Of a stretch of DNA of 64,000 nt, positions 54,601-64,000 are shown in pieces (position 1 is the stretch's first letter; each line of letters opens with the position of its first letter). The notes beneath the pieces were generated by a model. That model saw only the letters and a program-made list of their open reading frames with translations, had not been told where the DNA came from and made no database searches. Location of the stretch: positions 4,606,399-4,670,398 of the forward strand of contig MU053934.1 in the NCBI GenBank assembly GCA_013239625.1, written 5' to 3'. Made by a program: the position numbers and the translations under genes. Source of the DNA: Lama guanicoe. Its lineage: Eukaryota.

Positions 54601-57600
54601 AGCCACATGGCCAGCTGATCCCGCCCATTTCACAGAGGGAACATTGAGTCCTGGGGCGCTTGGCACTGACCCAGGGTGCCACGGAGAGTGGACGAGGGTC
54701 CCTTTTGTGGTCTGTAGGAGGGGAGCCCAGGGCTGTGGGGCTGCACCGCTCCCCAACCGCTGTCCCAAGCTGGAGTGTTTCTCGATGGGGTCCAGGTCAG
54801 GTCTAGGGGTGGATGAGAAGTAGGCACAGAGAGCAGAGTCCCTAGGGCTCAGGTCTGCCCTCTGGTCCTCCGGTGTGGGAGACAAAGCTCCTTAGAAAAT
54901 ATGCGTATTGTCCCAAAGCTGGCAGGAAATCCACGTTGATGGTTCATCCCAGCAGAAAGGTGCACAGGAGAAAAAGTCTGTAACAACTTAGGCCAGACTG
55001 TTAGCTCAGCAGGTGGTGAGATGGTGGGTGATGTGGTCCTGTTTCTTTTGCTGTGATTTCTAGATTTCCTAGAATGTACAAGAAACCCTTAATAACTAGA
55101 AAGATGAAGTTGTATTCTAAAGGAGAGAGGTAAGAAAAGTTTCCGTAAGAACAGCCAGATCCTCATTTGTTTGATTCTTGTCAAACACTGCTTGTGGGCA
55201 GCCTCCAGAGGGACTGGCTGCGGGGTCTCAGGAAGGGAGTTGCCCGGCCCTGGGCATCCCCCAGAACAGGTGCGCCTGTGGAAGCAGACAGCTTGCGTTT
55301 CTCTCATTCCTGGAAATTGGGTCAGTGAGAGCCCAGGCCTGGGCCTACTGGGATGCAGCGCCCTGAGAGTTCAGTCCAAACCTCTGACCTCTTTCCTATG
55401 GCGGCAGTCTGGCCTCCACCCCTCTTCCCCCTGATCCCCAAGTTTCAGCCTTGGGGACATTGCTGTGTTGGGCCCTCAGCCTGGAAAGCCAACCCACTCC
55501 ACCCCAGGTGCTGCCGTCCACCCAGGAAGCCATTCCTGCCCCTTCTGGCCAGAGGTGGCCCCAGGGCTGTTAGCTTCACACCTGCCCCTCCCAGACACCC
55601 AGTGGGTATGCGTCTGTTTACTGTCTTTCCCACTGACTGCTGCCCGAAGTGCCATTCCGGCAGTCCTGCAGCGTGGTCAAGTTCTGCCCTGGGGTAACAG
55701 TATTCCTAATCACAGCTGAGCCCTGATTGTGGGTAGGGACTCGATGCCTGTCTCCCGCGCGGCCCCTGGCTCTGTACCTGGTCCAGAGCATTCATTCATT
55801 CATTCACTCATTCAGCACTTATTGAATGGATGCCAGCTGTATGCCAGGGGCTGGTCTAGCTGCCAGGGCACAGACCTACTGACTGCAGGGTGATCTTGTC
55901 TGTGCTTTTACACATATGTTTTGTGGGAGTCACATGCATGTGCACACAGCATAAGCACCTCTGTATGTGTGACTGTGTCCCTTAGGCTGTGCCCATGTGT
56001 CATTTTGCCAGTACCTTGGGCATGCCTAGCTAATTCATTCAGCAGGCGTTCACTGAGCACCCACCAATGGGGTGCTGGGCCCTGACCCTGAAGATTAATG
56101 TCCCAAGCTCTCTGCCCTTGGGTAGTAGCCATCTTGTGGGGCCATTGCAGTGCAGACTGGCGGGCACAGAGGCCAGCAGGCGTGGCAGTGGTCAGACGGC
56201 GTGTGGGGAGACTGGGACGGGGCGGGGAAGGGCGTTCCTGCATGGCTGTGGGTGTGCTTTGCGAAACTCCCATAGCCCTGGGACCCCAGGCTGGCCCTCC
56301 TTGCTGGTTTCACTGCTCTCAAGAGGCCCTGAAGGCTGACGGGGCTGGAGCACGGAGTCGGGGACTGTAAGCCCGCTGCTGCTGCTGGGAGGAGACTATG
56401 GAGCCCTGAGGAGGAAGCGTGTTGGCTGGAGAACTCGTGGTACAGAACTTCCTGTGAGAGGAGAACCTCAGGACCAGACCCCAGAACAGCACTTAGAGAG
56501 TAGGACCCCTCGATTCAGACCAGGGAAGCTGGAATATGGAACTTGAAGGGGAGAAATGGAGCAGCAAACCTAGAATGCCGGCCTTCTGGGACATGGAACA
56601 CTGATGTCAGCTGGAGCTGGGAGATCAAGTCCGTGCCCCTAGGGGTCAGTGGGGAAACCGAGGTCCAGAGAGGATGGGGAGGTCCTGCGCCTTGGGCATG
56701 CACGTGGTCTCTGCTGAGCCAGGCCCTTCCCACAGCTTGCTGGTACCTGACCTTGGGCAAGTCCTGTCCCCTCTCCAAGCCCTGTTTCCCTCATCCGTGA
56801 AGATGAGATGAGGTGGAGCATATCACTTGGGAAGGAGGCGCTGCTCTTGGTGCCTAGGGTGGCATTGCAGAGGCCAGGACCCTGGCCACCTCACTCCTGG
56901 AATGATCGTCTCAACTTTTCTGTCGCTGCTGTTCCCTCTCTCCTGCCCCACAGTCAGTGAGAAGTTTGAGCACTGGCGGGCCTATTTCAGAACACTCGGA
57001 TCCAGCAGGTGGGAAGGACTAAGTAATGAACAGAGCAAGAACAGATTGGTGACTCCGATGAAATAAAGGAGCAGGAGCCCAGCGCCTACAGCCCTGCATG
57101 ATGTCCCCTGCTGTTTGGTGAGGGCTTACTGAGACTCCTTGGTGGGGACAGTTAGGTCCTGACCCAAGGGGGCTATGCCCCCTGGCAGGCAGGGGTGGAC
57201 AGAGAGTAATCAGGAGGGGAAAAGAGAAAACCCTCATCGTTCAGCCTCATGGAGGCTCACAGGTGCCCAGAGCCGCAGAGCCAACCAGCTGTGCACCTGC
57301 TCCATCAGGACCACTCCCAGCAGGAGGCTAATTGTGGTAGTCAGATTCCCAGAAGATTCGCAGAAGCCCTGGGCCAGGTGAAGCCCTGAGTCCCTGCAAG
57401 GACCCTGCAGGCCGGTGTCACCAGCCTCCCTTTTATGCCTCAGCAGACAGGCCTGGAGAGGGTGGGAGTTTTGCTGAGGGCCCCAGAGCTGTGGGTAGCA
57501 GAGCTGGGTTCACACCCATTTGCTCACTCAGCAGTGGCTTGTTGAGCACCTGTTGTGTGTCAGGCACGGTTCTGGGCACTGAGCACCCAGCAGTGAGCTG

Positions 57601-59299
57601 TGGTGGGGAGGGTCCTAACCTGCTCGAAGCCGTTGCTTCATTTTCCACCTTCTTCCTTCCCAGACCTCTTCCCCACATCAGCCGTCAAGTTGCTCAGAAT
57701 ACTTGAAGGATAGAGTCATTTCCTGTGTCTCCTTTCATCACCGCTGTCCCATTAGAATTCAACCCAGATGAGACACTTCATTGGGGTGGGCTGAGCTCAA
57801 GGTTGTGTGGCAGGCAGGACTAGGACCTGTAGCCACTTTTCTAAGCTCCAGACAAGGCCTGAGAGCCCAGCGGCATTTACTGAAAAGTGCAGGTGTGTGG
57901 ATTTGGGGAGAGGGTCTTTTATTCATTCAACACACCTCTGTGTCAGGCTCTATGCTGCAGCTGGGGGCCCTGAAGAGGCAGCTCGGCTCTTTCCACAGCC
58001 TGGGGTCAGGGAGGCCTGGAGAGAGTCCAGTTCAGCCAAACCCTCCCAAGACCGGCATGGGGATGGGGAGTGTAAGATTACACAGAAACTTCAAGCCTCC
58101 TAGAAGATCTGGACTTTATCCTGAGGCCAACGGTTCCCAGCTAGGAGGGGCAGCGTCAGATGTAGCTTTTGCTTGGCTCATGGGGACCAGGCTGGGAGCT
58201 CCTTAGAAAGGCCGCTGCTGCCATCCAGGTGAGCATTGGTGGTGGCAGAACCAGCATGGGACAGTGACACAGGGAAAGGGGTGGGAATTGAGAAGTATGG
58301 GGCATGAAATAGACAAGCCTTGGTGAAAGGTGTGCGGGGTCAGTGAGAGGGAGGACTTCGGGAGGTTCCTGTGCTCCTAAGGGTGGGTGGCTTGGTGGAT
58401 GGTTACATCACTGACAGGGCCCAGAAGGAGGAAAGTCCATAATGCCCAAAGTTATCCAAGCGTCCCTGCGTGCAAGGCTCAGGTCACAGTTTATCAGCTC
58501 AGGTTGTTGGAACAACTGTTTGAGTGAGTTCTTTGTGTCTTATTTTGTAGTGGAGGTTCCCAGGCAGGATGGGAACTGATTCTAAAGCCCAGGCCCTGCC
58601 CTCCCTGAGGCCTGGCCCAGATCCCACTGGCTCTGCTCCTCTCTCTCCCTTCCCACTACCGGCACTTGGGCTTCTCAAGTGTACCAGTACCTACCACCTA
58701 CCATCCTGTATGCATGGGGAGATTCCCCTAGGACACCTTCCACTCCTGCTGCCTAGGAACACAAGGGCCAACCTTTGCCTCCACCCAACATGTGGGCATC
58801 CCCACCCTGGACATGGGCATCCCCCTGCATTGGCACTCCCCTACTCCCCCAGCCTCCAGGGTGCAGCACATGGAACGAAGTCTCTCCAGCTGTGGTTTGA
58901 TTCTGTCGAAGCTTGGTTCTGTTGCCTGCCCTGCCTGTGCTAGAGAAACCCCGTGAGGACAGAGGAGGGGTGGGGTGTGCCCTTCCCTCCCTTCCCCCAC
59001 ACTCAGGCTTTCTGGGCTGGAGATAGAGCTGAGGCTCGGCACTGAAGTGGCCCTTTGTACATTGTCCCTGGAGGATGGGCAAGCCTGGCGGGAGGGGCTG
59101 GCACTGCCCGGGCTGCCTGGGCTGGGTGGCGCTGATCTCAGCAGGGCTGGGGGGATAGGGGGCTTTCTCTGGGCCACTGGTGCTGTGGAGAGCACTCTGC
59201 TAAGTGTGGGTATGCTCCGGCAGGCCTGCTGCCCCAGGCAGCCCCAAACCAGATACTTGCCCTGGGAGTTGATCATCACTTCTCATAAGAGTTCCGTCA

Positions 59300-59800
59300 T
59301 CAACTGTTTGTGGAGCTCCTGCTCCAGGCCAGGCTTTGTCCTAGGGGATGGGGAGCAGCAGTGACCGGTGACTGAAGCCCATGGTGACCCTGCTCTCCTC
59401 TTGTTGACATTCCAAGCGAGCAGGGTGTGGGTGGGGGAGACAGACCACTAACACGTAAACAATGAGACAGATAGCTTCCGCAGGGAGGAGTGTTGTGAAG
59501 CCGATGACCTGGGGAGGGAACAGCCGCTTTAGCTGGCTGGTCAGGAAGGCCCCTCTGAGCAGGCAGCCAGCAAATGGAGATCTGAGGGAAGGGCATTCAG
59601 GCGGAGGGAACAGCCAGTGCGAGGACCCTGAGACAGGTGAGCCTTGGGTGTGGGAGGGGCAGAAAGGTGGGGACTGAGCCGAGAGGATGAGAGAAGTGAG
59701 GTCAGCAAAGCCTCAGGGACCAGACTGGCAGGGCCTCTGGGCACGGTGAGGAGCGTGGATTTTATTCTGAGTATGTTAAGGGGTTTGAATGGGGTTGGGG
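59300..59800 (-). mobile_element. LINE-2 remnant
   Basis: ccaggctttgtcctaggggatgggg...ggtcaggaaggcccctctgag...gcattcaggcggagggaacagccagtgc...ggattttattctgag. Confidence 0.7.
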
Positions 59801-62800
59801 TAGTGTCCTGATGGGGACTTTGCAGTGACAGAATCTGTGGGGCTCTGTGCCAAATGAAAATGTGGGGCCTTTTGTTCAAAAATTACGAATTTCAAGAGAG
59901 GGAAAAAAAAGGCAGGAGGGAGGCCACTGAAGAGGATGAGTGGGGCTGGGTCCTAGGGGCATTTTGGAGGGAGGTGCCGACAGGCCTCATAGCCAGGCCA
60001 TCCAGCCACGTGGTGAGGCCGTGTGGAGGGCAAGCATGAACCTCTGCTCAGGAGCTCAGAGGTCTGGTCTCTGTCAAGGTTCTTTGGATATTACCGTGTT
60101 TAATCCTTATGGGATGAGGGCCTGGGAAGGTCCCTCATTGCAGATGGGGACTCTGAGGCCCAGGAATATTAAGTGACCCCGTCCACTAGGCTTGTCTGCT
60201 CTGGCTGCCCTCTCTTGTCCAGACGGGGCAGGGTGGGTCATTTGGGTCTGGAAGGCCGAGTGGCTGAGAGGTGGACCAGGAGTTGCAAGCCCAAGGTGCG
60301 GGGCCCCCTGGGGGGATTCTCCCCGCACTGACCTCAGTGGGCTCTGTACGGATGTGAACAACAGGCCTGCGTGGGGCGGCGCTCAGTCTGCATTTGTTGA
60401 AGGACTGGCAGCGTGTTCCTGTTCATGAACTGGAAGAAGCTGGGTTCTCTATCCTCTGATCAGAAGCTCTATTAATGATTGATAACCTGCCCAATTAGTT
60501 ATTGCAGGCTTGTGCTCCACTCCTGCTACCTTGGCCCTACACTGGCTGGACCCTGGCCTCCGCTCTCTTCTTCCTTCCTTCTCCCTTCCGGCACTGCACA
60601 CTGCCCTGCCTCTCTCAGCCCTCCCCCTGCAGGGATGACTGGGCCTCTGGGCCGTTGGGATGTCCCCCATGCAGGGTGTCCTCTCAACACTCCTCGTTCT
60701 GGTCTTCAGCCACCCTCCTGGGTGGGGCTCATCCTGTCTGACAGATGGAGACACTGAGGCACAGTGGGGCCGTGGGGCAGGCAGACAGGCCAACAGGAAG
60801 TTTCTCTCCAGGCTGATGGGGGCTCCTGAGCAGGCTGGGGTTGACGGTACTCCGCCCCTCAGGGAGGCAAGGGCTCAGGTGGGGCGTGAGGAGGGAGAAG
60901 GAATCCCAGGAGTGAGGCAGTTAAAGGCCCCCGATGCATCCATCCCCTCAGGAGCACGCATGTGCGCAGCTCCGCCAGCCAACTCTCTTCTGCACCAGGG
61001 TCTGACTTATGTCTTCATTCTCTCAGGAGGACCCTGGAGAGGGTCATTCCTAACACAAAGAACAAGTGCTTTGCCAGTGGTGGACTTGGACGTGGAGCCA
61101 GGCAGTACAGTAGCTGTTAGGGGGTCTCTTCTGAGCCTGCTGATTTCTCATCTGTGGCCAGCCTTGCTCCCGATCCCAGAGAGCCCCTCTCCCTGGCCTA
61201 CTCGCACCCCAACAGGGTGGAGCGCTGGGCCCATGTGCAGGTGAATGGCCCAGGTTCTCTGATGGGCATTGTTGGAATCAGACCCAGGTCTCCCAGCTCC
61301 TCGCCCCACCCCCAGACTCACTTTGTTTGAGGCACTGGGTCCTACCAGTGGAGAGTTTACTTCCAGGCTCTTTTGCGTGTACCTCCATGTCCCATTGGAC
61401 AGTGCCCAGGAGCCAGGGCACAGTTCACAGCGAACTTCCGCCCAGAGAGGGAGCAGGACAAGGCTCTGAGAGGAGTTGGGCATGCAGTTCACTGAGCTCA
61501 GAGCACAGACGGGCTCCTCACCTGTAAGATGGAAACCGCGGTGCTCCCACCTTGGCTCTGGGGATTGGCTTCTGCAGGCTGGGGCTGCCTCGCCCTGCCA
61601 CTTGGTTACTTGTTTGTATCTCGTAGTTGAGGAGACTGAGGCCAAAAGAGGTGAGGCCACCCAGTTGGGAAGAGGTGGGGCCAGGAAACTAGCTCGGGTG
61701 AAGGGCAGAGCTGGCACCTGGCCAGGCCAAGGTTGGGTCCCCATGTAGCTCCCTGCCACCTGCGCTCAGCCTGGGGGCTGGGGGACGGCCTCCAGGAAGG
61801 AAACAGCTGCCGCCAAGCCATGAAGGCCAGGCATGGGATTGGGAGGCACAATGCAGCAGTGAGGCCGGGACACTGCCTCGCCGAGGCAGGTACCGGGTCA
61901 GGTGAGGGGAGGGTGGGCCTGGGGGTACCCAGGGAGAGGCAGGCAGAGGCCAAGGCAGGGTCGGGTGGTGGGGAGCGAGAGGCCCCAGGGTCTGGGTTGG
62001 ACACTTTGCTGCTCTTAGAGGGTGAACCAGGCTGGTCACCCAGACTGTGAACCCCCTTCCTCATCTGTGATAGCGATGGGGGCTAACGTGAGGAGAAACA
62101 CTGCTGGCAAACAGTTAATGGAAACCCCTGAGTGATGGGTGCAATCGCTGTGAGACCCTCCCTCGCTGTCTCTGAGTTCTGGGCCAGCGGGGCTGGGAAA
62201 AAAATAATGCGGAAGGAGGGCCGTGCACATGGGCAGGGTCTGCAGGAGCCAGGTCCTCTAAGGGGCTTCTAGCCCTCAGAGCTCCTGAAGTCCAGGCCTG
62301 GCCTCAGAGCTTTTCCAGCTTTTTAGAGCACGAGACCCCCTTCAAGCTACTGGAAACCCCAACACGGGACCCTGTCCGGGTGATCTGTTTCCACTGGAGT
62401 TGGGTGGGGGGTGGAAGAGGCTCTGGGGCTCCCTCGGCCTTTCTGGGAACCTTGGGTTTTGTGAAATGCAGTTTTAAGTCACTGCAGCCCAGCCTTGCGC
62501 CTAGGGGATTGTAGGGGGTGGGCAGCGGGGCTCACACGGTTACAGGTGCGGGTGGCACGAGCAGAGGGGATCTGGGAAGGTGCAGCTCTCTTGGGCACAG
62601 TGCTCTGGTGGCTGGTCTGGGCATGTGCCAGAGCCAGGGAGGCATGTGACCCACAAACGCAGGCCTAGGGACTCCTGCTGGGGGCCGGAGCAGAAGTGAG
62701 GGGGCCTTTGCCCTGGGCAAGGCTCAAGGCAGCAGCTTAGACTTTGTTCCTGAACTCCTGAGTGAGAACCCACAGAGGTGGTGGGCAGGTGTGAATCCTG

Positions 62801-64000
62801 GTCCTCAGCCCCTGTGCCCATTGCCTCACCGCCCAGTCGCCGTTAGGATAATGGAGTAAGGTGAGCGCCACAGCACCTGGCACCCAAAGGCACTCAGTTA
62901 AGTGCCAGCTGCCAAGAGGACTGTCATGATGGAGGCGCCACCTCCTGGGAGGAATGTTCCGGGCCCACGGCTCTCCTGCTCTGCCTAGCCCTGCCCAGCT
63001 AGAAGGTGTGGCTGTCTTGACCTCAATAAGGAAGTAAACTGAGTCAGGCTCAGAGAGATGAGGAATCGCAAACTGTAGCAAGGGCCAGGCGGGTCTGCGG
63101 AGGGTTAGAGACCGGTGGTATTTGTAGGCCGGGAATGTAGAGGGCAGAGTTCCGTGAGAGTCTGTTAACGTCAGAAACAAACGGAGACCAGCATTGGGAA
63201 GTTCTTGAGCAGAATGAATCAGCCCAGCCGTGCAAACAAAAGCTCAGCTCAGCTCAGCCCACTTTGTGAGACCAACCCAACCTGGGTCATCCATTCGGGT
63301 GCCTCTGGCAAAATTTCCAAGGTTGATATGAGACAACTTCTCATCAACCCCCCATCACCTGAGAAAATCCCAAAACTATCAGTTTTCTACAAATCAGAAA
63401 ATCAAGTTTCTTAGTCCTTAAGTTTTGTCTCCCTGCCTTGGGATTGCTAACCCAAGAGGGCACCAACCCAGATGGGGGTCTCAGGCTTCTGCCCAAGCAG
63501 CCCCTGAAATTTGGGGAGTATCCTTGCCGCCCTCTCCTCGAGGCCCCCCATGCCCCTCAACAGACTCTGGGCCCTGCTTTGCTGCCATGGCACTGGTTGT
63601 TCCTGACACACAGGCTTTTGTGCCCTTCACCTGATGCCTGGCATACCGTGTCCACTCTGCGAGATGGCTCCTTCTCGACCTTGGGTCTCAGGTGAAATGT
63701 CCTCGCCTCGGGAGGTCCTCCCTGATAGCTGGCATCCTCTGTTGGTCGGTTTTCTCATTTGTCCTCTGTCCCTCCACTGGACTGAGCTCTGTGAGGACCT
63801 CATCTCCCCATCTTGCTCCCTGCGGCTCCTTCAGCTCCACACCCAGGGCTGAACTGCTCTCTCCACCCACCCCAGGACAGGGCAGAGGCACCAGCAGCCC
63901 AACCGCAATCCTTACATTTCCCCAAGACCTGCTCACAGCCCCTGGGTGCCTTCCCTCCACCCTGGCCCAGTGCCCACAGGGTCAAGTCCACGACTGTGTG

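Overview
Mammalian genomic DNA, probably camelid (Vic-1-like tRNA-derived SINE and camelid-type L1 3' ends). The window holds the complete 11-exon TAB1 gene (+ strand, CDS 1655..24660, 1515 nt, 504 aa, all introns GT-AG, poly(A) signal 26276). It is followed by a repeat-rich intergenic stretch and then a CpG island with the non-coding first exon and start of intron 1 of MGAT3 (identified by synteny and recalled exon sequence; its coding exon lies beyond the window). There are no prokaryotic-type systems, and the long six-frame ORFs are GC-richness artefacts. I found no clear new biological system. The best leads are: a disabled counterpart of the human TAB1-beta alternative last exon (~28951-29041); tandem in-frame acceptors at exon 10 next to the p38-docking segment; a four-hairpin block with a UG-repeat cryptic-exon layout in TAB1 intron 1; an apparent ancient L1 3' transduction carrying an exon-like piece; three same-family LTRs, two forming a ~1.2-kb palindrome; and three upstream ATGs in MGAT3 exon 1. 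Comparisons with human/mouse are from memory and need checking; repeat boundaries and subfamily names are approximate.
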